Shown: positions 25,766-36,784 of the stretch, piece by piece
Layout of the letters: each line of letters opens with the position of its first letter
Position numbering within the stretch: the stretch's first letter is position 1
NCBI GenBank assembly: GCA_964404855.1
Contig: CAYOLO010000001.1
Location: 94,245 to 158,244, forward strand
Direction of reading: 5' to 3'
DNA length: 64,000 nt
Source: an uncultured Gammaproteobacteria bacterium
GTDB taxonomy: Bacteria > Patescibacteriota > Microgenomatia > CAYQLK01
Translations under genes and position numbers: made by a program
The notes under the pieces: model-generated
Database searches by the model: none
Seen by the model: only the letters and a program-made list of their open reading frames with translations
What the model was told of the DNA's origin: nothing

Positions 25766-28651
25766 TTAGGCTAATGAGGCGGGACAAATCTTATTAAAAG
25801 GACAATTAGTACAACTAAATTTGTCAGGTTTGGGAATGAAATTCTCGGAAACAATTCCTTCTTTTACTTTTGTAATATCACTCATAGCTTTTTGATAAAG
25901 TTTTTCATCAGGTTTGCGCTTGGCATAAATATTATTTTCTACAAAATAAAGTCCGATTTCGTCAGCTGGGTGATGATATTTTTCTTTGTAAGCCAGTGCA
26001 TAAATCTTAAGTTGAATCGAACTATTTACACGTTCTTTGGCTTTTTTCTCATCAACACCTTGTGATGTTTTGAAGTCCATGATGGTTGTTTTGTCTTTGT
26101 CGATGGTAATTAAGTCGAACCTTCCTGTAATCATCACCCCGTCATATACAAGATTGAACTTTTCTTCGACTAACAAATTCTCATATTGAGTGTTTTTTTG
26201 ATTTTGATAAAACTCACTAATTATTTGTTTGCCTTTGTTGAATAACTCTTCCCTGTTTTGGGCATTAAAAAACCCAACATCGGAAAAGTTAGATGTATAA
26301 ACATTAATTAATTCTTCGCTTGTAATTGGGGTATGTGTTTTTTTGGCAAGATAAAAAGCTTCTAGGGATTTGTGAACTGCAGTTCCAAGAACCATTGCTC
26401 CGGTCTGGCTTTTGGGAAGCTTGAGCAGGTAGTTATACCTGTATTGAAGTGGACAAGTTAAATAACTATTAATTGAATCTTGATTAAGTTTGAGCGGAAG
26501 ATTTGGCAATACTTTCTTTTCTTTTTGAACGAGCATTAAAGGGAGCTGTTCGCTTGAAGCAAAGCGGCTGATTTTTTCAATTGCGTTAAGTTTGGTTGGG
26601 ACGACTTCTAAATCTTGTTTACCGAACGACTCTAAAAGAAATTGTGATGGTTTTTTTGATCTTGCCCCACCATAATCTTCTGCCCAGGTAAGAAACAGAT
26701 TTTCTTTTGCTCTGGTAACGGCAACATAAAAAAGTCTTCTCTCCTCTTGAAGATCACTTTGTTTGGAATTATTTGCCGAATCTTCCAGTAACTCGTTAGG
26801 CAAGCTAATTCCTTGAGACTTTGACCTTGATGGAAATCTATCTGAAACCAAATTGATAATAAAAACACTGTCAAACTCCAATCCTTTCGACGAGTGAATC
26901 GTTAATACATTAACCGCTTCAAGTGATTGGTCCAGCGTTGCAGTAGTTGAGGTATCACCAGACTCTTCGAGTAGTACAAAGGTGGTGATGTAGTTAATAA
27001 CGGAAGGGTCGATCGTCGAGCTGATAAATTCCGAGAGTTTTTCAAAAAGTTTAGAAATGTTTTCGATTTTTCTAATATCTTCAGATTTGTTTGATTTTTG
27101 ATAAGTCTGAAAAACTTTGTGATCGAGTAAATATATATATAAAAGTTCAGCAACATTTTTTTGTATTGCTATTGCAGCATATTTTTGTAAATCCGAAACT
27201 AGAGTTTCAATTTTTGTTTTTTCTAAGTCGGGAATTTTTAATTCTTCAAAGTTAGAAATTGTTTCTAGGAGTTCAAATAATTTAATGTGCCTATTCCGCG
27301 TATAAGCGGCCAGCTTAATCATTAGGTCTGGATCAATACTGTAATATTCAGAAACACCTAGGTGATATAGACTCAGATCGTCTTCAAAATTAGTTAAGAC
27401 TTTAAGAAAGAAAATTAGATTTTTAACTTCGGGTGTTTGATATAAAGAAGTCGTTCCAACCGACTGAACAGGAATACCAATATTTTCGAGTGCGCGAATA
27501 AAAGGAATGGCATGACTTGCGGCTCTAGATAATATGGCGATGTTGGAGTATTTTTCCCCTGATTTGTTTAGCTCAATAATTTTTTGCGTTACCAGCTCTA
27601 CCTCGTCACTTAATGTTGTGCCGCGCAAAATTTGCGGCTTGGTTTTGGATGTGTTAACAGCGGCTTCTAATTTTTTATTTATCTTGGCGGCAAACTCTAG
27701 ACGGTCGGGGTTATTATTTTGGATGACTTCATAAGCTAAATCTAGAATTCCTTGATTAGATCTGTAGTTTTTGGTTAAAACAAATTGTTTGGCATTAGGG
27801 TAGTTAGTTTTGAATGAAAGAATATTGGAAATCGATGCGCCACGAAATTTGTAAATTGATTGATCATCGTCCCCAACGACGGTTAAATTGCGATGTTTGT
27901 CGCAAAGCATATTAACCAAATCGTTTTGCGCAAGATTAGTATCTTGGAATTCATCGACAAGAATATATTTGTACCTATTTTGATAGTTTGTAAGAATATT
28001 TGGATGCTCTTTAAAAGCTAGGCGGACCAAATATAGTAAATCCGAAAAATCAACAAAATTACCAAGTCTTTTTAGTTCTTCATACTGGCTAAAACAGTTG
28101 GCAAGCTCTGTAAGTTTGGCTGATTCGGTAGAATCTTCTAGTTTGGAGGCGTGCAAAAGGAGTGATTGGCTGGTAATATTTTCATCTTTTAGGTTGCTGA
28201 AAAATGAGGTCAGGTCACGGAGGAACTTAAGGGGATTATTTACGGGTCTAAAATATTCAAGATTAAGACTATAAAGATGAGACCTTAAAAATAAAATTTG
28301 TTGATTTTGAGTGAGTATTTTGTAGTCTGGAGACAGACCAACATCGTAGGCAATATCCCGTAAAATAGAATCTGCGAATGCGTGGAAGGTAAAAACCGAG
28401 ATTGAAGAAAAAACATCAGGCAATAAATCGTAAACTCGAAAATCCATTTCTTCTGAAGCTTTTTCAGTAAAAGTAAGGGCTAAAATTTCTTCAGGTTTAG
28501 CTAATTTTTGCTCAATTAAATACGCAATCCTTCTGGAAATTACCGCTGTTTTACCGGTGCCGGCTCCGGCAATTATCAATACAGGACCCTCTGTTTCAAT
28601 AACGGCATTTTTTTGCTCAGGATTAAGGTTTTTTAGGATGTCTGGTTTCAT
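25766..28651 (-). CDS. UvrD-type helicase fused to a C-terminal PD-(D/E)XK nuclease (AdnAB/AddA-like)
   Basis: AGAGTGKT, VDEFQD, VGDDDQSIY, EERRLFYVAVTRA; C-terminal CP...GRFD...DFKT...QLKIY...CTNCPFNKIC. Confidence 0.92.
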   Translation of the reverse strand: MKPDILKNLNPEQKNAVIETEGPVLIIAGAGTGKTAVISRRIAYLIEQKLAKPEEILALTFTEKASEEMDFRVYDLLPDVFSSISVFTFHAFADSILRDIAYDVGLSPDYKILTQNQQILFLRSHLYSLNLEYFRPVNNPLKFLRDLTSFFSNLKDENITSQSLLLHASKLEDSTESAKLTELANCFSQYEELKRLGNFVDFSDLLYLVRLAFKEHPNILTNYQNRYKYILVDEFQDTNLAQNDLVNMLCDKHRNLTVVGDDDQSIYKFRGASISNILSFKTNYPNAKQFVLTKNYRSNQGILDLAYEVIQNNNPDRLEFAAKINKKLEAAVNTSKTKPQILRGTTLSDEVELVTQKIIELNKSGEKYSNIAILSRAASHAIPFIRALENIGIPVQSVGTTSLYQTPEVKNLIFFLKVLTNFEDDLSLYHLGVSEYYSIDPDLMIKLAAYTRNRHIKLFELLETISNFEELKIPDLEKTKIETLVSDLQKYAAIAIQKNVAELLYIYLLDHKVFQTYQKSNKSEDIRKIENISKLFEKLSEFISSTIDPSVINYITTFVLLEESGDTSTTATLDQSLEAVNVLTIHSSKGLEFDSVFIINLVSDRFPSRSKSQGISLPNELLEDSANNSKQSDLQEERRLFYVAVTRAKENLFLTWAEDYGGARSKKPSQFLLESFGKQDLEVVPTKLNAIEKISRFASSEQLPLMLVQKEKKVLPNLPLKLNQDSINSYLTCPLQYRYNYLLKLPKSQTGAMVLGTAVHKSLEAFYLAKKTHTPITSEELINVYTSNFSDVGFFNAQNREELFNKGKQIISEFYQNQKNTQYENLLVEEKFNLVYDGVMITGRFDLITIDKDKTTIMDFKTSQGVDEKKAKERVNSSIQLKIYALAYKEKYHHPADEIGLYFVENNIYAKRKPDEKLYQKAMSDITKVKEGIVSENFIPKPDKFSCTNCPFNKICPASLA

Positions 28652-28686
28652 GTGCTACAATCATATCACTTGAAAGAAAAACACCA

Positions 28687-29796
28687 ATGTTACCCGAAAG
28701 TTTAATTGTAATTATTTCCAGTTTAGTGTTAATTGTTGCAGTTCTTGCGATGTTTTTTTGGTTGTTTAAAAAATATTTTCAACAGAATTTTGAAGCGATG
28801 AGTGATAGGGCGATGAATAAGAATGTTAAAAATATTATTGAACTGGCGAAAAGCGAACTATCGAGTGAGAAAGATTCGATAAACATAGATCTCAAAAACA
28901 AACAAGATTCGATTGAAAAACTAGTTAAAGGTCTACAGGATGAAATAAATGCTCGACAAAAAGAGATAAAGGAGATGGAACAAAATCGAAATAAGAGCTA
29001 CGGGGAAATTGCGCGCGCAATAACCGATCATCAAAAAATTACAGAAGACCTAAAAATAACAACGCAAAATCTTGGCAGGGTTCTGTCAAATAATCAATCT
29101 CGTGGTCAGTGGGGTGAACATATAATTGAAGGCCTACTTGAGCAGGCTGGATTGATTGAAAATATTCATTTCTTAAGACAGACACCTCTTGGTAACTCTG
29201 ATGTGAAACCAGATATTACTTTGCTTTTGCCCGGGAAAAAAGTAATTGCCGTTGATGTTAAATTCCCTTATCAAGCTATACAACGAATGGTTGATGCCGA
29301 TAATGCTTCTGAAAGAGACTTGGAAAAAAAGATGTTTAAAACTGATGTGGCTGCTAAATTAAAACAAGTTGAAAAATATATTGACACAACCAAAGGAACA
29401 CTTGATTACGCGGTAATGTTTGTACCGAATGAGGCATTATTTAGTTTTATTGCTAAGGAGTTTACTGATGTAATAAATGATGCTTTTAAAAAGAAAATAC
29501 TAATTGTTTCCCCTTTTTCTTTTATACCAATTACGAAAACAGTTTTGGAAATGCATAAGAGTTTCACCATGGAAAACAGTTTAAGAAACTTGATGGTTAT
29601 GTTTGCGGATTTTTCCAAACAGTGGGGAATGTTTAAAGGTGAGTTCGAAAAATTTGATAAATCAATTAAGTCTTTAAGGGTTAACTATGATCAAATTAAC
29701 TCAACGAGGTTTAAGGAAATGGATAGAAGAGTAAAAAAAATAGAAGGTCATAGTGTTGGCCAAATTGAGAAAGACGAACTTAAACTAATTGAGTAA
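28687..29796 (+). CDS. rmuC: DNA recombination protein RmuC
   Basis: N-terminal TM and coiled coil; RGQWGE, KPD, VDVKFP, YAVMFVPNE. Confidence 0.9.
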   Translation: MLPESLIVIISSLVLIVAVLAMFFWLFKKYFQQNFEAMSDRAMNKNVKNIIELAKSELSSEKDSINIDLKNKQDSIEKLVKGLQDEINARQKEIKEMEQNRNKSYGEIARAITDHQKITEDLKITTQNLGRVLSNNQSRGQWGEHIIEGLLEQAGLIENIHFLRQTPLGNSDVKPDITLLLPGKKVIAVDVKFPYQAIQRMVDADNASERDLEKKMFKTDVAAKLKQVEKYIDTTKGTLDYAVMFVPNEALFSFIAKEFTDVINDAFKKKILIVSPFSFIPITKTVLEMHKSFTMENSLRNLMVMFADFSKQWGMFKGEFEKFDKSIKSLRVNYDQINSTRFKEMDRRVKKIEGHSVGQIEKDELKLIE

Positions 29797-29831
29797 TATA
29801 AATATATCTACCGATATAATTATTACCTAAA

Positions 29832-30203
29832 ATGAAAAGACCTATTGTAATTATTTGGTTAATTATCTTGTTCAGCTGGTCTGGAGTGATTTGGGTTGGA
29901 AAATCCGGAAATGTCGAAAAAGAGAAGGATCATTTAATATTATTTTTACTACTACTTCCAGCTTTGACTTTTTTACTCTCTTTCGTGGTTTTTTTGATAA
30001 GAATCTTACTAAGAAAAGGTCAAGATGAACGGATTGTGTTTAAATCCAGTTTTTGGTGGACGTTACTATTTGTTTCTGTTATTTTGACTGGCTGGTTTTT
30101 GAATGCAAGAAAGATGCTGGACTTGGTATATATAGGAATACTTCTAGGAATTATAGTTTGTGGAGGAATGTTTTTGAAACTCGGACTAAAACGGGGCTAC
30201 TAA
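29832..30203 (+). CDS. Hypothetical membrane protein (about 4 TM)
   Basis: Hydrophobic 123-aa ORF with TATAAT just upstream. Confidence 0.7.
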   Translation: MKRPIVIIWLIILFSWSGVIWVGKSGNVEKEKDHLILFLLLLPALTFLLSFVVFLIRILLRKGQDERIVFKSSFWWTLLFVSVILTGWFLNARKMLDLVYIGILLGIIVCGGMFLKLGLKRGY

Positions 30204-30724
30204 GGTGTCGAAGTTGGAATAATAACTATATCTTCCTGCCAACCATTACTATTTGTATTGAGAATGTTACCATCGTTGTCCGTAACATGAATATCTAATG
30301 TAACCGACTGAACCGGAAGCTTTGAGACATCCCAGTCATAAACATAAGGAGCTGAGTTAAGCGTTGTGAGCTTTTGCCATAAACCTTTTGTTTTGTAAAA
30401 TATTTCTACCGACTTAACACCACTCTGATCGTCGGAGGCTTCAACAGAAATAGTTACTTTATTACCGTAAATTACAGATCCTGTTGTGGGGCTTATTATT
30501 TTACCGATTGGTGAAGTTACATCGCCTGAAAGGCTAATATTGTTCTTGTTTTTGGAGACGGCTTGATAGGTCAAAAAAAGAGCTAAAGAAAAAATAATCA
30601 CCAAGACGATTAGACCTATTTTATTTACGTTTTTTGATTGTTCTTTTTTTACTAAAACCTTATCTTCTAAAAGTGGTTTTGATTTATTGGGTGTCATTTG
30701 AATAATTCTTGTGTATTTTATCAT
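30200..30724 (-). CDS. Membrane-anchored Ig-like (Big) domain protein
   Basis: TM helix, then ISP..G....VTISVEASD..SGVKSVEIF...APYVYDWD; the true start may be about 9 codons later. Confidence 0.8.
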   Translation of the reverse strand: MIKYTRIIQMTPNKSKPLLEDKVLVKKEQSKNVNKIGLIVLVIIFSLALFLTYQAVSKNKNNISLSGDVTSPIGKIISPTTGSVIYGNKVTISVEASDDQSGVKSVEIFYKTKGLWQKLTTLNSAPYVYDWDVSKLPVQSVTLDIHVTDNDGNILNTNSNGWQEDIVIIPTSTP

Positions 30725-30798
30725 TAACTGCTAGAGCTGTAATTAGCCATAATTACGCAGGATGTTTTTGCTATAATTTGACTTCGAAAGAATACTTC

Positions 30799-33036
30799 AT
30801 GCAAAAGGAACTGAAATCCCAAAAAAATAAATTACCTCAACTTAAAAAACACAGGAGGAGTATTCCTGAAAAAGTGGCATGGGGAACACTCTGGTTAATC
30901 TTCCCGCCAAAGGATAGGGTTTTTAGGGGAACACTTTTTAGGGTATCGACTTTTGTTTTTTTAGTTTTGGTTTCAATGTTTTGGTGGATTACTAAGGATT
31001 TGCCGACAAAAAACCTGACAGAACGGGATATAGATTTAACGACAAAAATTTATGACCGTAACGGTAAGCTTCTATATAATATATATGCTGACAAGAACAG
31101 AACCTTACTTCCTTTTGATCAAATCCCCCAAAATATAAAGAGCGCAACAATTGCCATCGAAGATAAGGATTTTTATAAACATAAAGGTTTTGATATTTTG
31201 GGCGTAATACGTGCAGCGACTTCGATTGCTTTTAAACAGGAGCTACAGGGAGGATCAACAATCACACAACAGTTAGTAAAAACCGCTTTTTTGTCACCTG
31301 AACGAAACCTCACTAGAAAAATTAAGGAATTGTATTTGGCTTATCAAGTTGAAAGTAAATTTAGTAAAAATCAAATACTTGAAATGTATCTAAACGAGGT
31401 ACCATATGGGGGTACAGCGTATGGCATTGAAGCAGCGTCACAAACTTATTTTGGTAAAAAAGTTAGCGAATTAACTCTTGGAGAATCTGCTTTGATTGCC
31501 GGCCTACCTCAAAGTCCGACAACTTACTCCCCTTTCGGGAATAATCCAAAATTAGCTAAACAAAGACAAGCGGAAGTATTGAGAAGAATGGTTGAGGACA
31601 AAACAATAACTGCGGAGGAATCTGAAAATGCAATTTCTGAAGTATTGATTTTTTCTCAGCCGAATATTGATATAAAAGCACCACACTTTGTGCTTTTTAT
31701 TAAAGATCAACTGGCACAAAAATATGGCGATAAATTAGTTGAACAGGGAGGATTAAAAGTAACTACTACTTTGGATTTGGACATTCAAGAGACTGCGCAA
31801 GATGCGGTTACCACTGAGGTCGCTAAATTAAAAAACTACAATGTTGGAAACGGGGCTGCTATGGTCACTAATCCAAAAACCGGTGAGATATTAGCAATGG
31901 TGGGTTCGAGAGATTATTTTGATACAGCTAACGACGGCAATGTGAATGTGACAACTTCACTTAGACAACCTGGATCTTCGATTAAACCAATTAATTACGC
32001 AGGCGGACTAATGAACGGGCTAACAGCGGGAACGGTCATTGTTGATGGCCCTGTTACATTTAAGGGAACACCGCCATATACTCCAAAAAACTATGATGGA
32101 AAATTCCACGGAGCTGTAACTTTTAGAAAAGCACTAGCCAACTCATACAATATCCCCGCAGTTAAAGTCTTGGCATATAATACTGTGCCATTTATGTTGG
32201 AGCTAGCTCAGAAAATGGGAATTACTACATTTGGTGACTCTTCAAGACATGGGCTTTCGTTAACCTTAGGTGGCGGCGAGGTAAAGATGATTGAGATGAC
32301 AACAGCTTTTAGCGCCTTTGCGAATAAAGGCATTACACACGAAGCTTACGGAATTATTAAAGTTGAAGACAAAGATGGAAAAATTTTGGAGGAACACTTA
32401 CCCGAGAATGGTAAGCAAGCAATACCAGAAGAGGTTGCGTTTATTATTTCGCATATTTTGGCAGACAATCAAGCTAGAGCAGACGCATTTGGAACAGGAA
32501 GCCAATTAAATATTCCTGGCAAAGTGGTCTCTGTAAAAACAGGAACGACTGATGATATTCGTGATAACTGGACAATTGGATACACGCCTTCTTATTTGAC
32601 CGCAGTTTGGGTCGGCAACAACGATAACAAACCACTAAACAGATCATTAACCTCGGGAGTAACGGGAGCTGCGCCAATTTGGAATAAAATAATGAAAAGT
32701 TTGCTTAAAAACAAAGAGATAGAAAACTTAGTGACACCTGAAAATGTTGTTTCTAGAGCGACTTGCGTGGGCATTGGGGAGAAGAAAGATGATGGAACAA
32801 CAAGTTGTAAATCTCAAATTGAATTTTATGTTAAGGGCACTGAACCAAAAAATGAAGAAAGTAAGTTTGTGAAGGGCGACGTTTGGTTTGATCCAAAAAC
32901 TAGAAAAATTGTACAACCTGGAACAGCCGAAGCGATTGAGAAAAAAGATGCAGTCGTAGTAACAGACTTTTATCAACCTGGTGAAGGATATTGTGTAAAC
33001 TGTGTCGAGGAAGATAAACCAGAAGATCAACAATAA
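30799..33036 (+). CDS. Class A penicillin-binding protein (PBP1A family; start revised)
   Basis: EDKDFYKH.G, GGSTITQQL, RKIKE (transglycosylase); SSIK, SYN, KTG (transpeptidase). Confidence 0.96.
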   Translation: MQKELKSQKNKLPQLKKHRRSIPEKVAWGTLWLIFPPKDRVFRGTLFRVSTFVFLVLVSMFWWITKDLPTKNLTERDIDLTTKIYDRNGKLLYNIYADKNRTLLPFDQIPQNIKSATIAIEDKDFYKHKGFDILGVIRAATSIAFKQELQGGSTITQQLVKTAFLSPERNLTRKIKELYLAYQVESKFSKNQILEMYLNEVPYGGTAYGIEAASQTYFGKKVSELTLGESALIAGLPQSPTTYSPFGNNPKLAKQRQAEVLRRMVEDKTITAEESENAISEVLIFSQPNIDIKAPHFVLFIKDQLAQKYGDKLVEQGGLKVTTTLDLDIQETAQDAVTTEVAKLKNYNVGNGAAMVTNPKTGEILAMVGSRDYFDTANDGNVNVTTSLRQPGSSIKPINYAGGLMNGLTAGTVIVDGPVTFKGTPPYTPKNYDGKFHGAVTFRKALANSYNIPAVKVLAYNTVPFMLELAQKMGITTFGDSSRHGLSLTLGGGEVKMIEMTTAFSAFANKGITHEAYGIIKVEDKDGKILEEHLPENGKQAIPEEVAFIISHILADNQARADAFGTGSQLNIPGKVVSVKTGTTDDIRDNWTIGYTPSYLTAVWVGNNDNKPLNRSLTSGVTGAAPIWNKIMKSLLKNKEIENLVTPENVVSRATCVGIGEKKDDGTTSCKSQIEFYVKGTEPKNEESKFVKGDVWFDPKTRKIVQPGTAEAIEKKDAVVVTDFYQPGEGYCVNCVEEDKPEDQQ

Positions 33037-33038
33037 TA

Positions 33039-34445
33039 ATGAAAAATAATTATTTTTTAACTACCGCAATTTCATATGCCAACGGGTCGCCGCATATTGG
33101 ACATATTACTGAAGCAGTGATTGCTGATGTAATTGCCAGATTTCGAACTAAGTTTCTGAATGAAAAAGTATTTTTTTTAACGGGAACAGATGAACATGGA
33201 GTAAAAATTAAAGAGGCGGCAGAAAAATCAGGTGAGGATATTCAAAGTTTTGTTGACAAGATTTCAGATGAATTTAAGGCAGCGTGGAACGAAATGGATA
33301 TTGAATATTCGAGATTTATCAGAACTACTGATAAAGACCACGAAGAGAAAGTTGTAGAGTTTTATAAAAAACTGTATGAGAACGGATATATCGACAAACG
33401 ATTATATGAAGGACTTTATTGTGTGGGATGTGAAAAATTTTACTCCAAGGAAGAGTTGGTCGAAGGGTTGTGTCCAGACCATCAAAAACCACCAATAAAT
33501 TATAAGGAGGAAAATTACTTCTTTAAACTTAGTAATTTTGAGGAACGATTAATTAAGGAAATAGAAGATGAAAGTATTAAAATCCTACCTGATACTAAGA
33601 AAAATGAAACTTTGGGCAAACTTAAAAAAGGTCTTGAAGATATTTCTGTCTCTAGAAAATTAGATTGGGGAATAAAACTTCCATTTGACGATAGTCAGGT
33701 TGCTTATGTTTGGGTGGATGCGTTAATAAACTATTTAACTTATGGAGAGAGTGAAAATATTTGGCCTGCCGATTTACACATAATAGGTAAAGATATTTTG
33801 TGGTTTCACACAGTTATTTGGCCAGCTTTGCTTTGGGCAGCGGGATATGATGCTCCGAAGGCCGTGTATGCACACGGGTTTTTTACCATTGAAGGTAAGA
33901 AAATTTCAAAATCACTTGGTAATGTCATTACCCCATCTGAAATGATTACCAAACTTGGATCCAGTGATGCCGCGAGATTTATTTTGTTGTCTTCTTTTAG
34001 TTTGAGAAACGACGGTGATTTTTCTTGGGAGAAAATTTTTGAAAAATATAATAACGTTTTGGCAAATAGTTTGGGAAATTTTGCATCACGATTAGCTAAA
34101 CTTTCAAACGATTCTCAAATAGTAAATATTGAACTACCAGAAGTAGACAAGTTGGAAATTAATCGATTAAAAAAATATATAGAAACTCAAGATATATTTG
34201 CGTATTGTGAATATTTAGAAACTGCAATGTCTGAGCTTAATTTGGAGTTTGACCAACAAGCACCATGGAAAAAAGATGGTGAGGAGAAAAAACAAATATT
34301 AGTGCAACTTATTACAAAATATCTAAAAATTGTAATTCTATTTGAACCGATTATGCCTAACAAATCCAAGGAAATAATTAATGTATTTGTAAATACGCAA
34401 ATAAAACCTGTATCTAATCCGATTTTTTTAAGAATTAACAACTAA
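33039..34445 (+). CDS. metG: Methionine--tRNA ligase (short form)
   Basis: YANGSPHIGH, GTDEHG, CVGC knuckle, GKDILWFH, KISKS. Confidence 0.96.
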   Translation: MKNNYFLTTAISYANGSPHIGHITEAVIADVIARFRTKFLNEKVFFLTGTDEHGVKIKEAAEKSGEDIQSFVDKISDEFKAAWNEMDIEYSRFIRTTDKDHEEKVVEFYKKLYENGYIDKRLYEGLYCVGCEKFYSKEELVEGLCPDHQKPPINYKEENYFFKLSNFEERLIKEIEDESIKILPDTKKNETLGKLKKGLEDISVSRKLDWGIKLPFDDSQVAYVWVDALINYLTYGESENIWPADLHIIGKDILWFHTVIWPALLWAAGYDAPKAVYAHGFFTIEGKKISKSLGNVITPSEMITKLGSSDAARFILLSSFSLRNDGDFSWEKIFEKYNNVLANSLGNFASRLAKLSNDSQIVNIELPEVDKLEINRLKKYIETQDIFAYCEYLETAMSELNLEFDQQAPWKKDGEEKKQILVQLITKYLKIVILFEPIMPNKSKEIINVFVNTQIKPVSNPIFLRINN

Positions 34446-34448
34446 AAG

Positions 34449-35240
34449 GTGTTAATCGATACTCACGCTCACCCAGAACAAGCCGAGTTTGATTACGACA
34501 GAAATAAGATAATATCTGACTCGTTCAGTTCAGGCATTGAAGCAATTATTGCTGTTGGAACAAGTATTGAAAATACGAAAAAAGTAATTGAACTTTCTGA
34601 AAAATATAAAAATATTTTTTCAACAGCTGGAATACACCCAACTGATGGCGGAGCTGAAACGAAAAATGAATATAGAGAAGAGTTTGAAAAAATTGTAGAT
34701 ACTTATAAAAAAAAGATTGTCGCAATTGGCGAGTGTGGGCTTGATATATATATTGAAGGAGAAAGGCCAACCTCAAAAGAAGAGTTATTAAAACAAATAG
34801 AATTATTTGATTTTCAGCTACAAATTGCAAAAAAATATAATCTACCTGTAGTTATTCACTGTCGGAATGGATGGGATAAGGTGTTTGAAATTATTGACAA
34901 AAATAATGTTACTAATGGAGTTTTTCATTGCTGGACCGGCAATTTGGATCAATTAAAACAGGCAGAAATTAGAGGATTTTATGTGGCTTTTGGTGGAATA
35001 TTAACTTTTAAAAATGCTGGTGAAATAGTAAATTCTGCAAAAAAAATTAACATAAATAAATTAGTATTAGAAACAGATAGTCCTTTCTTGGCGCCTGAGG
35101 GCTTAAGAGGAAAAAGAAATGAACCTAAAAATGTTAGAATAGTCGCCGAGTTCATAGCACAGCTAAGAGGAGTAGAATTAGGCTATATTGAAGAAGTTAC
35201 TACGGCAAATGCTAAAAGGCTTTTTAATTTGAAAATATGA
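34449..35240 (+). CDS. tatD: TatD family hydrolase
   Basis: DTHAH, GIHP, GECGLD, HCR, HCW, ETDSPFL. Confidence 0.95.
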   Translation: MLIDTHAHPEQAEFDYDRNKIISDSFSSGIEAIIAVGTSIENTKKVIELSEKYKNIFSTAGIHPTDGGAETKNEYREEFEKIVDTYKKKIVAIGECGLDIYIEGERPTSKEELLKQIELFDFQLQIAKKYNLPVVIHCRNGWDKVFEIIDKNNVTNGVFHCWTGNLDQLKQAEIRGFYVAFGGILTFKNAGEIVNSAKKININKLVLETDSPFLAPEGLRGKRNEPKNVRIVAEFIAQLRGVELGYIEEVTTANAKRLFNLKI

Positions 35241-36736
35241 TTGGTGAATGGATAGCAAAATTTGTAAATAATCATGACAAGTCAGTGCATCGTGCGTTGG
35301 AAATTTTGCCTGGCGCATTTAGTTGGACTTTGATTCTCTTCCCTTTGTGGGGATCATTTTGGGTCCCTCATTATGTGGCCTACTTTGTAATTTTGTTTGA
35401 TATTTTTTGGTTTTATAAATCTGGCACTTTGGCAGTAACAGTTGTACTGTCGCATATTAAAATTAGAGCAGCCGAAAGATACTCATGGATGAACGATCTC
35501 AAGAAACTTCCTGATTGGAAAAAAATTCATCATGTAGTAATAATTCCAACTTATAAAGAGCCAGAATTAACATTGATTAGAGGAATTGACTCGATCGCGC
35601 AACAAGATTTAGGCCCTAAACAAATAACTGTGGTACTCGCAATGGAAGATCGTGAAGCAGGAGCATTGCAAAAAGGTAATGCGCTTAAGAAAAAATATGA
35701 TGGGGTTTTTGGCAACTTTTTTATTACTATTCACCCTGATATAGAAGGTGAAGTTAAAGGCAAATCGTCAAATGAGGCGTGGGCTGGAAGATGGGTAAAA
35801 AAAGAGCTTATTGATAGGCAAAAAATGGATATTGAATATATGACTGTTACTAGTAAAGATGCTGATTCAATAATGCATAAAAAATATTACTCTTGCCTTA
35901 GTTATAAGTTTTTGACTAACCCAGATAGACACTTTAGATTTTGGCAGGCCGCAATCATGTTCTATTCAAATATTTGGAGGATTCCTGCACCAATTAGGGT
36001 GGTTAATACTTTTTGTACTTTGTGGCAGACTGCGCAACTGATGAGAAAAGATCGAATCATTAACTATTCGACCTATTCATTGTCAATGAAAATGCTTCAT
36101 GAAGTTGATTATTGGGATGTTGATGTAATACCTGAGGATTACAGACTATTTTTTAAGTCATATTTTAAGCTTGATGGCAAGGTTGAGGTTGAACCGGTGT
36201 ATTTGAGCGTTCATGCAGATGCGGCCGAAGCTAACGGTTATGTCAACACAATGATAAACCAGTACGAACAGATGAAAAGATGGGCGTGGGGAGCATCAGA
36301 TGATGCATATATTATTAAAAATTGGATGACAAACCATCAAATTCCATTTTGGACACGAACGATGAGAGTGGTAAAAGTACTAGAAGACCACTTTTTGTGG
36401 CCCGTTAATTGGTTTGTGATTACACTTGGTGCCAATATTCCACTGGTATTAAACCCGGAATTTTCTCAGACTGTACTTGGAACAAACTTACCAAAAATTA
36501 CTTTTGGACTAATGACATTGGCGTGGGTATTTTTGATAGTTATGATTATTGTAGATTTAAGACAAAGACCTAAGTCTGATGTGCCTTTATCGCCAATCAA
36601 GAGAATGCTTATGCCTTTTGAATTCATTCTTATGCCTGTGACAGGATTATTCTTCTCAGCTCTCCCTGGACTGGATGCGCACACGCGTTTAATGCTTGGT
36701 AAATATATCGAATATCGAGTTACAGAAAAAGTTTAG
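35237..36736 (+). CDS. Membrane-bound family 2 glycosyltransferase
   Basis: IIPTYKE, GKSSN, DAD, ED, QMKRW motifs plus TM helices. Confidence 0.9.
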   Translation: MIGEWIAKFVNNHDKSVHRALEILPGAFSWTLILFPLWGSFWVPHYVAYFVILFDIFWFYKSGTLAVTVVLSHIKIRAAERYSWMNDLKKLPDWKKIHHVVIIPTYKEPELTLIRGIDSIAQQDLGPKQITVVLAMEDREAGALQKGNALKKKYDGVFGNFFITIHPDIEGEVKGKSSNEAWAGRWVKKELIDRQKMDIEYMTVTSKDADSIMHKKYYSCLSYKFLTNPDRHFRFWQAAIMFYSNIWRIPAPIRVVNTFCTLWQTAQLMRKDRIINYSTYSLSMKMLHEVDYWDVDVIPEDYRLFFKSYFKLDGKVEVEPVYLSVHADAAEANGYVNTMINQYEQMKRWAWGASDDAYIIKNWMTNHQIPFWTRTMRVVKVLEDHFLWPVNWFVITLGANIPLVLNPEFSQTVLGTNLPKITFGLMTLAWVFLIVMIIVDLRQRPKSDVPLSPIKRMLMPFEFILMPVTGLFFSALPGLDAHTRLMLGKYIEYRVTEKV

Positions 36737-36784
36737 TGAAAGAGTGATATATTTGAGTAAGGACTCAATATTCTGCCTAGTTAA

